Shown piece after piece: positions 50,683 to 63,853 of a DNA stretch of 64,000 bases. Where the stretch lies: assembly GCF_018350175.1 (NCBI RefSeq), contig NC_058368.1:182654001-182718000 (forward strand), written 5' to 3'. The notes under the pieces are model-generated. The model was not told where the DNA came from, made no database searches, and worked only from the letters and a program-made list of their open reading frames with translations. A program made the position numbers and the translations under genes. This DNA comes from Felis catus (taxonomy: Eukaryota). Position 1 is the stretch's first letter; each line of letters begins with the position of its first letter.

Positions 50683-53600
50683 ATGTACACGTGAATGTGT
50701 GTTACTATATACATGAAATTGTACATTTTCACAGATTCTATTTTGCACGTCTTATATGGTATATAAAATGTGCAATATATTTAATATGGAAATATTTATC
50801 TTAAGACTGGTGTTCATGTTGAAATCCATCTTCTTATTCTAGCCCTTCCAAGACAACAATAATGAATATCACGAACTACCCTTCTATCGTGTGCTAATAG
50901 TCATATTAATAGTCTTAGGATCTACTGCAATAATGACAATTTTATCACTCAGTACCATTTATTTCTCTCCTGATTCTGAAAATACCTGCCACAAACAGTA
51001 TTTGCTGGCGATTAATCCAGTATAACTGAAATGGAGCAAGAGAGATGATTTAACTGACCCTTATAAAATTGGAGTTTATATTTGCAGATAAGTTAGGCAG
51101 CTAAGATCATCACAAAGAGAATTTGCTATGCATATTACGATATGGCTGGGCCATACTGGGAAACTTATATGACCACACTGGGTTTTGTTCTCTTATCCAG
51201 GATTGAAGACGTTAGATTGGATTTGGTGGCCAACAGCATTCTTTACTCTTCTAAATAATTTAAAACCCTATGATAGTAAAATGGCTGGTCAATGTGGACA
51301 GAAAAGACGAGACAAGCAAAAGAAAAAAAGAAAGAAAACTGCAAAATTAAGGCAATAAATCCTAAGAAAATAGGAAAAGCTCATAACCCATGGGTCACAA
51401 GTCTGGAACTAGAATGTTAAGGCTGTTTCTAAGAGGTTAAGATGGTGGGGGTGGGGGGGTGGGGTAATGCTGAAGAATGACTAGACATATCTCAGCTTTT
51501 ATCATCACATTTCATCTGATCAGATCAGATGACATTTGGACCTCCTCCTAGCATTAAAACATACAGATTTAATTATTTCTCTAAACTATTAGGTTCTACA
51601 TATAGTTCACAGTTTGTTCATGAAATCAGGTTAGAATTCTGGTTACCAGATGACATAGGGCATCTTTTCTAAGCTTTGATTTCTTTTCCTAGAAAAGGAG
51701 TGTATTAATTCTGACTATTCACATGGGCATGTTGTAAAAACTCTATGAATTAAAGGGTGTGAATGTGCTTTTTCTACTATAAGGCACTACAAATGATAAA
51801 TGAAGATAGACAATCATTATAGTTAAGTTGATTATTAGCAAATGGCCATAGAAATATTAAGCTGATAGCAAATTTTCAAAATTCCAGGTAACTATTTAGG
51901 ATAGATGCATGTAGTTCTTCTAATTTTGAAGTATTTTTATCTTTAGTGTGACATTAATTAGACATTTGTGGCACGAAGATTTTCCTTTGCCGTAAAGATA
52001 AGATTGTTAGAAACAGCATACTTTTGGAGTTACATGGTTGGAAGCAAGCCAATTCTATAAATTTTATAGACAAAACAATAAAAAACAATAATACAGAGAA
52101 AACCAAAAAAGGAATAGCAAAAGTTTTCTAAATTTTATTTCTAAACTACAGCCATAGTGATGTGCACAGACATAGAAAATTTATTCTGAGTTGTTATTAT
52201 CTTAAATGAAAAATAGAAGTGATGCTTTGTGTATCGTTGCTGAGAATATTTTAATTTCTTCCAAGCACTTGTAATAGTCATGTAATAATTATAGGCAAAC
52301 AACAATGGGATATACATTCATCCTGGATTATTCTAATGATCAAGATATAAAAGAAATCAGACATTTGTATCTCAAAATTGTTATGTACTATTCTCCCTTC
52401 TTGTGAGTATCTGTAGGGTTTGAACACCAGGAGGGGAATGCTCCATTGAGAACAGAAAAACGAAACTGAACCAGGCAAATAGAGATACTCTGCCTTAAAC
52501 TCTTAATTTATAACTATTTCTAAGGGCCTGCAGGAGGAAGGGCCATTACAGATATTTACTTCATTGTTTTTTCAAGTGGAGAGTTCATCATTTGTCTCAG
52601 TCAATACATGCAGGCAGACTTACACCCAGTTTGCCCTTAAATTCAAACCCAGAACTGTGGCTGTGAACCCATCCATTCAGAACAAACTTTCTGCAAGCAC
52701 ATCCTCACAACGTATCATATCTGTGTAGCTTTCTATCTCAGGGCCACCGAGCCGTCACTTAAGCTTGCTCCTCAGTTAGCATCTAGGAGCTTGTTATTTA
52801 AAAGGGGTTCTCCTTCACAAAGCTCTCCCTTCCCTTCCAAGAGCAGGATTTCAATTTTGAAGACAAATGTTATTCACACCCTCCCAGATATTTTCATTAG
52901 AGTAGGGGGTTCCCTATCTTCCATCACTAGCAACCCTCGGGTACTACCTTTGAAGATTTCTGGGAATTTAGGTCTCAGGATGAAAACATCTGGGTGGATA
53001 AATGATTTGATTAAAATTATGGCAATGATCAAACATTTTTAAATGATGTGGATACAGCTTGAGCTTCTCAGTTTAGAAATCTGTAAGACAGAGATGAATT
53101 TTCTAATAGGCCATTTTTCATGTTTCTATCTTGTAACAACATTTCCCTGAGTACTATGGAACACTATCCATACCATAAGGTACTCTATTTTTTTTTTTTT
53201 TTAATTTCAGCCAAATATAAATGTAAGAGAAAATATATTCCCTTCTCTGAATATTCCTAATGCACATATTAAAGGTACTATGAAGTTATTTATGAAAGAA
53301 ATCTCCTATGTTTAACCCTGTACTGCCCAAATCATTTAAACATGTGACACTTTTCTCTTATAAAGTCTCTGATACATCCCATGGCACACTGTGCAATTTG
53401 AGTTTTAGAAAGGACCTGGGAAAATACTCATCAGAAAGAGACTGTAGGGTTGGCATTTGGACATCATGACTCTGATATTTGCATATTTGGTGGGAAATGT
53501 TGCCTCAGTGCTGTGTAACCTATCCTCACATTACCCCTTCCCAAATTTCTTCCCCAATCCCAAATTAGAGTATTCTTGGCCTTCTGTTGCTCATAGTGTA

Positions 53601-54190
53601 ATATTTAAACTCCTAACGTACTATGAAAAGTTTGATGTCTGATGCAAATGTTTCTTTCTTATTCCTCATACCCCTCTTATCACTGAACTTACTGCCTGGC
53701 AAAATGATCTACTTACCACCTGCTCAACACAGAATGCTCCCTGTGCTTGCCATTTCTTTCTGCATGGAAGTCCCTCTTTCTCCATGTTTTCATTGACTTG
53801 TATCATTTTTCTAGATAGAACTGAAGTGTCACCACCTCTATAAAGATTTATTTTCTTACACTTCTTAGGTCTTTTTTGCTTCATTATCATCTGCATCTTC
53901 TTAGACCCATCTGTGTCTAGTACTTTCAAAGAGTATCAAAGTTTTCTCTTTAAATGTCTCTTTACAAGTAAATCTAATCTGGGAGGCTAGAAGTCAGAGT
54001 AACTGTTCTCTCTAGATAGGGACTTAGTGACTGGGGAAGGACATAAACAAGCTTTCTGTAATACCTTATTTTTCTTGTCATAGATGGTGATTACATGGAT
54101 GTATGAATAAGTAAAAATTCAAGTTGTAAATTTAAGATTAATTTAGCAAATCTATTGTTATTTATTGCATACCATAAGAGCAAAATTTTT

Positions 54191-54360
54191 AAAGATTTTT
54201 GATTTAGAGAGAGAGAGAGAGAGCATAAAAATGAAGGAGAGAGAGAATCTCAAGAGGCTCCAGGCCCAGCACAGAGCCTGACACGGGGCTCGATCCTATG
54301 ACCCTGGGATAGAGTTGAAATCAAGAGTCGGGTGCTCAATTGACAGAGCTACCCAGGGGC
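54191..54360 (-). mobile_element. Can-SINE (older) at the 3' end of an L1 fragment (about 53970-54170)
   Basis: TSD AAGAGCAAAATTTTT at 54176-54190 and 54368-54382. Confidence 0.9.
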
Positions 54361-55599
54361 ATCATACAAGAGCAAAATTTTTTACATATGTGTTGCCCTA
54401 CTAGTGTTTTAATCACCATAGAGGAGACATTTTATTCATCTTTCCTATTTCCAAGTTATAATGGTGCCAGCACAATGGGGATATGCACATTCTGTGAAGA
54501 ATGAGTAAGTGACTGAAGAGACATGCAGTCCCCTTTCCTGGGTGCAGCCTTCACTTGTCAAGAGAGGAACACATTTCAGGTAGATGGAGGCTATTTAATA
54601 GACTATAATTAGAGCAATCAGAAGACACGGATGATGGTATGTAGCTGATAAGTTTGCAGATGAAAAGAGTGTATGCAGACTGATTAAGAATTCTGAATAG
54701 AACTTTAGAGCTTGGCAACATTTCAACAATGTAGTTCACTGAACAGCTCAGCAAATACCTGTGCCACATATGTCTTCTATTTTCCCTCACACTTAAGACA
54801 TTTCCCTAAAGGTTAATAAACAATAGATACATCCCTGAAGAACAATATATATATATAATTGACTCAAATATTATTACTTAACATTAACTGCCAGCTGTAT
54901 GCAACTTACAACTAGCATAAACTCTTTGCCCTTGAGAATCCTATGTTTAAAAAAAAAAGTTACAATGTTAGGCAAAAAGGCAAGAGGAAAAGATTAATTG
55001 TTTTCTTAGTTAATGTCTTCTGTTCATTCTTGAGACATATAAGATGTCTATTAGGAGTCAGGAACCATGTTAGGATATGGGCAAAAAAATGGTGAGGAAA
55101 ACAAGGCTCATGACTTCATGAAAGTCCAGCAAAAGAATAAAAAGTATAAACTGCTTTCATTTACAGTTTTCTCTCTGCTAACTATTCCTCATGCATGTAT
55201 TTATTGTTCATAGCAGTCAAATGAAATGCATATCATTATCATCCCTGCATTATAAATGAAGAGGTTCAAGTAAGATAAATAAGAGGTTCACTTAGATAAT
55301 AAAAATCCACATATATGATTTTCCAATCTCTATTTGTTAAGTTCTGGAGAGGAGGAAACTGGGCTTGGACTTCTGTGTTTCTTCCTCAGCATATCCAGTG
55401 CAGGGCTGGAAACATAGTAGGGTGTCAGATATCAATGGATTTACTGTGATGGGATTTGCCCTACAATTTCTTTCCTGTTCTTGGGCATCAGGAAAAGGAG
55501 GGTATTTCTTTCCTGTGCAAGAGAGATGCCACCATATTAAATTCTACGTTTAACCCATCATTGTATTCTTTGCCTCTGTACATTATCAGAGTAACTGGC

Positions 55600-56057
55600 A
55601 TACGGTATGGTATGGCTTAGGCCAAATCAACCAAATTTGTTAACTGTGTAGCATGATTGTCCATGCTTCACTCCCATTACTGCAAATCAAGCTCAGTAGT
55701 AGTGTCTGTGTGTCTGTGTGCTCTGCTTCTAACAAATGGCACCAGCAGTACAGAAAGCCAGAAGTATGTAGAGTTAGAGGCCCTACTAATCCCTATCCAA
55801 TGATTAACTTCTGCCGGATATGAAGCTTGAGCTTCTTTCCTCAAGGTAGGACCAACTCTCAGATACAATTTGCTCCCCATAAAACCAGGATAGGGCTAAA
55901 ACCTTGCCTGAAATTATACTATGGATGGAACACATCCTTTCCCTCTCCTTTTCCCTCCACTCCTTTTCTAGCTTCTTACTGGAAGTACCTCTTTGCTCAA
56001 TCATTTACACATGAAGTTTCAGTTCAGAGTTTGCTTCTAAGGAAACCAACTGCAGAT
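55600..56057 (+). mobile_element. LTR16-like ERVL LTR, tentative
   Basis: 3' end CAATCATTTACACATGAA...CAGAGTTTGCTTCTAAGGAAACCAAC. Confidence 0.5.
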
Positions 56058-56089
56058 AATCTATTTAACCTATTTTGTAGTAGTTAATA

Positions 56090-56557
56090 GTATATCAGAC
56101 AGGATTCTCAAGGGAAGCAGAAGTGATAGGATATTTATATAGAGAGAGTAAAATGTATTTTAATGAATTGGCTCACAAGATTGTAGGGCTTGGAAAGTCT
56201 AAAATCTATAGGGTAGCCTGGCAGGCTGGAAATCCAAGTCAGGGTTCATTATGCAGCCTTGAGTCTGAAATCCGTATGACAGGCCAACAGGCTGAAAACT
56301 GAGGCAGAATTTCTATGTTACAGTCTTGAGGGAGAATTCTTTCTTCCCCATGAAATGGAGTTTGAGCCTTAAGACCTTCAACTGATTGATGAGGCCCACC
56401 CACATTATGGAGTATAATATACTTTGCTTAAAGTCAAATGATTGTAAATGTTCAAGTACATCTATAAGAGACCATCACAGCAACATCTAAATTGATGTTT
56501 GGCCAAACAACTGGGCACCAGAGCCTAGCCAAGCTATTACATGAATTAACCATCAGA
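56090..56557 (-). mobile_element. MLT2-type (ERVL) solo LTR
   Basis: GAATTGGCTCACAAGATT, CCTTCAACTGATTGATGAGGCCCACCCACATTATGGAG, ends ATTAACCATCAGA. Confidence 0.85.
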
Positions 56558-57237
56558 AGAAGGGGATTTTGGAATGGTGGAATAAGCCGCGGCCTAAGCT
56601 GGAGGAGACCACTCACAAGGATTCTGGAACAGCCTATAGTTTGGTTATGTGCCTCAGCTTTTTATTTTTATTTTTGTCTCCTATGCAGGAGGGTCTTAAG
56701 AGTACCTGACGATACATGAGGTGAAAAACAATATTGTACTAGTGGCTTAGCACTTCTGAGATACTAGGCTGGCTCACTGATCAATTCAGAAGTCCAGGCA
56801 GAAGTCAGAAGGTCCAAATGATTAGGTTTACTATGAGAACCGGAGAGCGAGAAAGCACAATTATTAATTATACATCAATTTGTGTATTTGATTAACAACT
56901 TTCTCATAACCCAATGAGGATATAAGTTCCATAAGATGAAAGCTGATTCTATTATCGTATGCCCAAACCTAGCAGAGTACCTGGTACAATGGATATTTAC
57001 TGAATCAATGCCAATGACATTAAATTAGTATAAACATCATTGCATTTACATAAATTATATAGAGCAATTATATGTAATAAATATACAACTTATACATAAA
57101 TATATATTTATATATGTGTATACATGTGTGTGTATACACACATACCCTCATATACTTTTATTAGTTTGTGGATGTCCTGACAAAACTGTGCTTATACTTT
57201 ATGCGTTTTATGTTTTTATGTTTATGATACTCCTTTT

Positions 57238-57456
57238 TTTTTTAAGTTTTTTTCAACGTTTATTTATTTTTGGGACAGAGAGAGACAGAGCATGAACGGG
57301 GGAGGGGCAGAGAGAGAGGGAGACACAGAATCGGAAACAGGCTCCAGCCTCTGAGCCATCAGCCCAGAGCCTGACGCGGGGCTCAAACTCCCGGACCGCG
57401 AGATCGTGACCTGGTTGAAGTCGGACGCTTAACGGACTGCGCCACCCAGGCGCCCC
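57238..57456 (-). mobile_element. Young felid Can-SINE with TSD
   Basis: Perfect TSD TATGATACTCCTTTT at 57223-57237 and 57457-57471; CpGs intact. Confidence 0.97.
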
Positions 57457-59095
57457 TATGATACTCCTTTTATAGGGAAAATATCTTTGAGTCTGTCACA
57501 CAATGAGATCCTCCTTGTGGTCTTTTTGCAGAAGGTGAGGTAACATTCAACCATTGAAATCATCTTTGCTGTAAATCTCTCAACATCAGTTTACTGTTAA
57601 TAACTCCAAACAGGGGGGAAAAAAATAAGACAGACAATCGGACAAGGGGACCCGAGCAGCAGAAAATAATTGGACTCTCTAAATTGTACCATTCTCAAGA
57701 GAAATTACTGGAGCACACTGTTTCTTTCCCGGACCACGCTGTGCATCCCTTGGAATCGCTACAGAGGCATTTTATTGCTCATTAAATATTTTTTAATGTG
57801 AATCCACTCTTGGCATTTCTATTTTATAGTTTTTCTCACAATCCTTCCTGTGTTGAATACCTCCTTCCCGACTATGTGTAATTTAAAAGAAATTATGTAA
57901 GCTTATTTCTCTGATTAAGAAAGCCTAATGCGCAAACACACAAAGGATATGACCAGTGTAGCTCAAGTAGCTAATGAATCTGGCAGTTTTAAGCTCGTTC
58001 CCAATAAAAATGGGCCCCACAAATCACTATAAAAAATGTGTTTTGTACCTCAAGAGCCATAATTGTCACACATTTACAATTCATAAGCAGTGACTGCAGG
58101 GTGCTTACTCTAGTTAATCCTCCATAGAATAGTGGATATTGATGCTGTGGAGAAGGGGCACAACAAAATCATCTGTCACTTGAAATACTCATTTGGGAAG
58201 CCTCACACACTAATGAAATCCTGAAATGTAGCAATGGGAAGCCTGAATGAGATCTTCTGCCTAAACTGTAAGTGGTGACAAAGGTGTAAGTCTGAGATGC
58301 CCAGGCATAGCCTGGTGTAGCTTGCCTCTGGTTTACTGACTCTAAAATAGTAAAGATAAAACCTGTATTTGGATTGTCCAAAAACCTATGTCTCAAGACT
58401 TTACTGTACACCTATCTGGACCTAAAGAAACAGAACGGAGACATATAAATTCTAAGAAACTTCCTTGCCATGACTGATTTGGTTAAAGTGTAACCGGTAT
58501 ATGATGAATAGCTAGACTTAATAATGACTTGATGAACATATTCAATATATTTACAATTCTTTTAGCAAGGGAGAATACTTTCTGTGACTATTACATTCAA
58601 ATGATTTCCAAATCTTAAAAGTAGTATTTGAATTCAACCAAAACACGTAGATTGTCCCTAAAACTTGTAGTAAATGGCTATAAACCTACATAATTGGATC
58701 TTTGGAGTGTGAGGCCTCCCTCTGGTACATCATGAGTACTTGAAATAGACTCTTGGTCTGGTTTCAAATTCAATTTTTGTTTTGTTTTTAAAGAACATTG
58801 ATAAAATCAGAGAAAGCATATTGTTTATTCAATCTAATCCATCTGCAAGGTAAGGGAATTACTCAGTATAATGTGAAGACAAATGAAATGGATTAAGTGA
58901 ATCTTGGATGACCTTCAACATTTTTCTGACCCTAAAGGCTGGGTTTCCAATAATCACTCAGTCATTTAAACATAAGACACCTGAATGTACGTAGGCATTG
59001 TGTGTATAATTGAATGTGTATAATTGTGTGAATAATTGTGCATACGTACATTGAATGTACATATGTATGTATAAAAATAAATGTATGTATGTATA

Positions 59096-59161
59096 AAAAA
59101 TAAAATAAAATAAAATAAAATAAAATAAAATAAAATAAAATAAAATAAAATAAAATAAAAT
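59096..59161. repeat. (AAAAT)n pentanucleotide repeat
   Basis: About 13 units, preceded by TGTA-rich low-complexity repeats. Confidence 0.95.
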
Positions 59162-59705
59162 CAGCTATCCTTGCTTTGGCTCCTCCTTAACATGCCACTT
59201 TAACATCTTTATTTTGTTCTCTCCAGCCCCCCCTCTATAACCCATTGCTTACAGTAGCCACTTATACTTCCTTGTATAAAATCGTCTCAGTTTGTGATTG
59301 AAATAATGATTCCTCACTTCCTGGGCTTGCATTTTTAACCATACAAGCTTTTTAAGTTCAAGAAGAAGAATCAAAATGCATTTATATTCTATATTACAAT
59401 AAATGTGAATATCAAAAGTTTCTCCTTGAGTTGTATGACTGCTGACATTTGAAAAAAAGCCAGAGAATCTTAGAATCGGAAGAAGCAGAAATATGTTTAG
59501 TATTTCAATTGACTCCTGATGGAGAGGGAGAGGGGAAAAATTATAAGTTCTCTATGCAAAGTTTTATGTTTTTTTTTAACTATTTATTTTCCTAGGACCT
59601 AGATTAATTACAATTCTTGTTTCAAGACACGAATGGTTCATTATATTTAGTTGTTTGCTTATTTTATTTTATTTTATTTTATTTTTTCAATATATGAAAT
59701 GTATT

Positions 59706-59755
59706 AAAAATATGGAACGCTTCATGAATTTGCGTGTCATCCTTGCGCAGGGGCC

Positions 59756-59806
<51 letters not shown>

Positions 59807-59812
59807 GAGCAC
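59706..59812 (-). pseudogene. RNU6: Full-length U6 snRNA retrocopy (part of a U6/L1 chimera)
   Basis: Reverse complement reads GTGCTCGCTTCGGCAGCACA...ACAGAGAAGATTAGC...CGTTCCATATTTTT, 107 nt, with one difference from canonical U6 (G88A at a CpG). Flanked by TSDs, so it does not carry its parental upstream promoter. Confidence 0.97.
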
Positions 59813-60178
59813 TTGTTTGCTTATTTTAAATAACATAGTGAACCTGCATCAATTATGAAAAGTAGAGCCCTGATGGTAACTTAAATGAGCTCACGTGGTC
59901 TTCTATTCTTTTCTCTTCCTTCCCCAACCCAAAGTAACAATCATCCTGAATGATCACGCTCATGGGGGTATATGTGTGCAGGGTTTCTTAATACAGTGTA
60001 TGCCCTAAACACACACATCATTTTAGATGTTTTTAACTTTATAAAAAGGCACACACTCTATATAATCGTTTTAAATTTACTGTTATAAAACAGTATGATA
60101 ATGCTAAGATTTATATAATTTACTGAAAGTAACGGTAGTTTATTTTTATTGATATATAGTATTCTATTGTGGTATGTA

Positions 60179-60331
60179 CAGTAAAACCTTGCATTTGTAG
60201 TAACTTGCTCTGCAAGTGTTCTGCAAGACAAGCAAACATTTCTAATAAATTTTAACTTGATAAATGAGCGATGTCTTACAATGTAAGTAGTACGAAACAC
60301 AGAACATCACATCTCACAACTGAGTCAAGGT

Positions 60332-60426
<95 letters not shown>

Positions 60427-61106
60427 ACTGCGGGACTGTGGGTGGTCATCTCCCATGCTTGAATGCTCCGTCTCAGGCCATGCTGTTTGGTAGAAATCAG
60501 GGATTTCTCAGAATGTTGGAAGGTGCCCTCAACTGGCACTAGTGTATTTTTTGCCACTTCAAAGCACCTATGGACAGTCCTTTGCTCTTCCATACAAGAG
60601 TAAGCTTAGGAATGCTTAACTTCACTCTAGGTCAGGCTGCCTGCAGATACAGACCCTTTCCTCTACTGCCTTATTGCCAGTTACATTAAATACAGTATAT
60701 GACAAGAGTTCATTAATACTGTACTGTAGTCAACATCCATGAGAGCATATACAATGGCCCATGCAGAAAAAGATTCCATTAAGCCAATAGATCACAGTGA
60801 TTCTGTTAGTGATAGTGAAAGGCATCCCATACAATAATGCTCCTCTCTCTTGTCTCCCTCACAACAGCCGCTAAGGTTTTCAAAGCTAAGTGTGGGTTGT
60901 TTATTTTTCTTTATATTTTGTATTTTCTTTATTATTTTGTATTACATTACAGTATTGTGATTTTGTATATGAATATTTTTGGGTTGTGGAACAAATCATC
61001 TGAGTTTCCATTATTTCTTATGGGGAAATTTGCTTTGATATACAAGTGCTTTATCTTACAAGCATGTTTCCAGAACAAATTATACTTGCAAACCAAGGGT
61101 TTACTG
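60179..61106. mobile_element. Non-autonomous TcMar/Tigger-like DNA transposon
   Basis: TIRs CAGTAAAACCTTG ... CAAGGGTTTACTG, each flanked by TA; no transposase ORF. Confidence 0.85.
60335..60423. repeat. Compound (TC)n(TA)n microsatellite inside the transposon
   Basis: Read directly. Confidence 0.95.
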
Positions 61107-61241
61107 TACTATGTTTATACTTTTAATTCATGAATTGATTCATGAATTCAGTCAACCACTTATATTGAGCCAAGGAAATAACAAAAATAGTGTAGCACAT
61201 CTTTAAAAGCTTTGGTCCTTTTTAGGAAACTCTAAAATTAA

Positions 61242-61453
61242 GGGCACCTGGGTGGTTCAGCTGATTAAGCAGCTGACTCCTGGGTTCAGCTCAGGTCATG
61301 ATCTCATGGTTTCATAAGTTCAAGCCCCGTGTCAAGCTCTGTGCTGGCAGCACAGATCCTGTCTTGGAATCTCTGTCTCTTCTCTCTCTGATCCTCCTCA
61401 ACTCGTGCTGTCTCTGTTTCTCTCAAAATAGATGAATAAACTTAAAAAAAAAA
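61242..61453 (+). mobile_element. Can-SINE
   Basis: Head GGGCACCTGGGTGGTTCAG; TSD AAACTCT(GT)AAAATTAA with an indel. Confidence 0.93.
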
Positions 61454-62084
61454 AAACTCTGTAAAATTAATGAGTTGTAAGTAGGTGGTTTCAACCTTCT
61501 TTTGAGCTCTAAGGCAGTCCAGTTTTCTGAGTGGTGAACTTTCCAGGGCATACTCTTAATGAAGATGTTGATAAACTTCTAACATCAGCACTCTTAGGAA
61601 CAATTCTTTTGCATCCTTTACCTAAGCCTTGCCTTGCAGAAAGACAAAAAGAGCATCCCTCATATATGAACATGCCTGATGTAAGTAAATATGTGGGAGG
61701 GAGTCTTTCCAATCTTGGAACAACAATTCTGTTAGAGGTAGCATTTTGGTTTCCATTTTTATAGTGTTTACCTAGTTGAGTAAATACTTTGGCCAATGAG
61801 CTCATAAAGACAAAAAAAAAATCAGTAATAACTCCCCTCCCCTCAATCTCTGAAGTACAATCATTATAGGGAAAACTAAAATGGAAGGTAAAAGAAAAAG
61901 TATCCAGAGGTGAGAATATCTTTGAGGAGTACTTTATTCTACCCTCATATTGATGTCCTATGTTCTCTGAATTTAAAGAACTGTTTTGGGATACTATTCT
62001 TCAGATACCAAGATATCTGGGAATATTTATGGTTTATTTGTTGTCTGGTATAACCCGATAGTTTATTTTATTTCTTTTAATAAT

Positions 62085-62270
62085 ACAATTGACATTATAG
62101 AGCACTTACTATATCCCAGACATCACAGCATTTTCTGTGCATTTTTTCATATATTACAATAATTTTATAAGATTTATTATCATTATTATCTTCACCATTT
62201 TACAGCTGAGGGAAAATTTCCAAGTTCACAGGTGAGCCCTCAAAATCCCAACCTTTAACTATGGCTATTA
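62085..62270 (-). mobile_element. MIR SINE
   Basis: GAGCACTTACTATATCCCAGACA...CCATTTTACAGCTGAGG. Confidence 0.7.
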
Positions 62271-63623
62271 TATTCTTTGCGATTCAGTCACCTTTATGTT
62301 ACTTTATGTTATGTTATTGACTTTAGCTAATAATATTCTACTTCATTATCTCTATATAAAATGGGGATAATAAAACACACAAAGGTTTATATGTATAGAC
62401 ATGAAAAGTTTCCAATATAATACTTTTGAAATAGTAATATGTGCAATATAATTTTTATTTATGTGAAAATAAAATAGAAAATATTTATTTATATACCTGC
62501 ATATACATCTATATGAAAAACTACCAAAGGAAATTACCCCTCAGAAGATAAGAAGTGAGTAGGATTAGAGTGAAATTAAAAGAGAAATTCTTTTTTATGA
62601 TAAATACTTTTTAAAATATTTTCTAACATAAGCATGTTTTTCTTGTTATTAAAAAAATACAAAAAAAATGGAGACCTATGACAGGTTTTCAAGTAAGTTA
62701 GAAACCTAAAAATTAGTTAAAATGGTGACTGAATGAATATTGACATTTATCAATACTCTTCTAAATTACCCCTGTACCAAATCTCACATAAATTCAGAGA
62801 AGAATTTATCAGTGAAAAATACCAGAATTGTAAAATAAGTTATAGAATTAATAAGTGAGAAATTTGGGGGGTCTTCTGAAAGAGGGCAGAATTGGTCATA
62901 TGTACAGGAAAGTGACCAGAGACAACCATTATCAAAAATACACCAAAAAAAAAAAAAAAATCTTTTTTAGAGCCAGAGTGAATGTAGAAGAGAACCAGCC
63001 AGGCTCCAGGAGTAAATACCCAGGCAAAGGCGAACATTAAGCAAATATCAGGGTGACCAATCAGACAGCTACCACCAGAGCTTTTGGAATGTAGCCCCTA
63101 TCTCCCAAGCAAAAGTATAGGAAGTGTGTACCAAGAGAGGAATAATGAGAATCAGCCCTGCGGTAGGAAAAGCCAATCAGTGTTCTGAATAATAACAGAC
63201 CCAGGAGGGGAAGGGATCCCACATCACCCTGCAAACACTACCAGATCTCCTCTAGCAGCTCTCATTCGAGCATGGCTCTGATAAAAGCAGGAGTTCTCAA
63301 ACACAGACATGAATGGGAAACCAATGACCCTCAAATATTTAAGGAAAATAAACACCATGAAATAGAGCTATGGTAAAATACATATGGAAAGATCACTACC
63401 CAACATTATGTTAATTGTAATGAGTATAATTGATATAATCAGAGGGAATTAAGAAGGTTTAAATTTTTAAAAAGAGAAAAATACTACCTCATTAGTAGAC
63501 ATATATCTTCAAGGTGGGCTTATCAAACGGGTAAGAGAGAGGCAAAATTTTAAGTTCTTTGACCTTTCCTATCCTGTATGTGAGAGATAGGAGTGCAAGG
63601 AAGACACATGATTGCAAGGACTT

Positions 63624-63673
63624 CTTTTTTTTTTTTTAAACAACTTTTTTTTTTTAATGTTTGTTTATTTTTG

Positions 63674-63706
<33 letters not shown>

Positions 63707-63853
63707 AAGAGAGAGGGAGACATAGAATCTGAAGCAGGATCCAGGCTCTGAGCTCTCAGCACAGAGCTCAGTGTGGGACTCAGACTCACAAACTGTGAGA
63801 TCATGACCTGGGCTGAAGTCAGATGGTTAACTGACTGAGCCACCCATGCACCC
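63624..63853 (-). mobile_element. Can-SINE with TSD
   Basis: TSD TGATTGCAAGGACTT at 63609-63623 and 63854-63868. Confidence 0.96.

Noticed and set aside
52295..52410. Plus-strand ATG-to-GTGAGT segment (MGYTFILDYSNDQDIKEIRHLY...)
   Set aside because: Weak acceptor, no promoter evidence and no recognised homology.
58730..58940. Possible second L3/MIR3 fragment
   Set aside because: Only short motif similarity; cannot be supported without an HMM search.
59706..59812. Functional U6 snRNA gene
   Set aside because: Enclosed by TSDs with an A-rich tail, so it is a retrocopy separated from the upstream PSE/TATA promoter that U6 requires.
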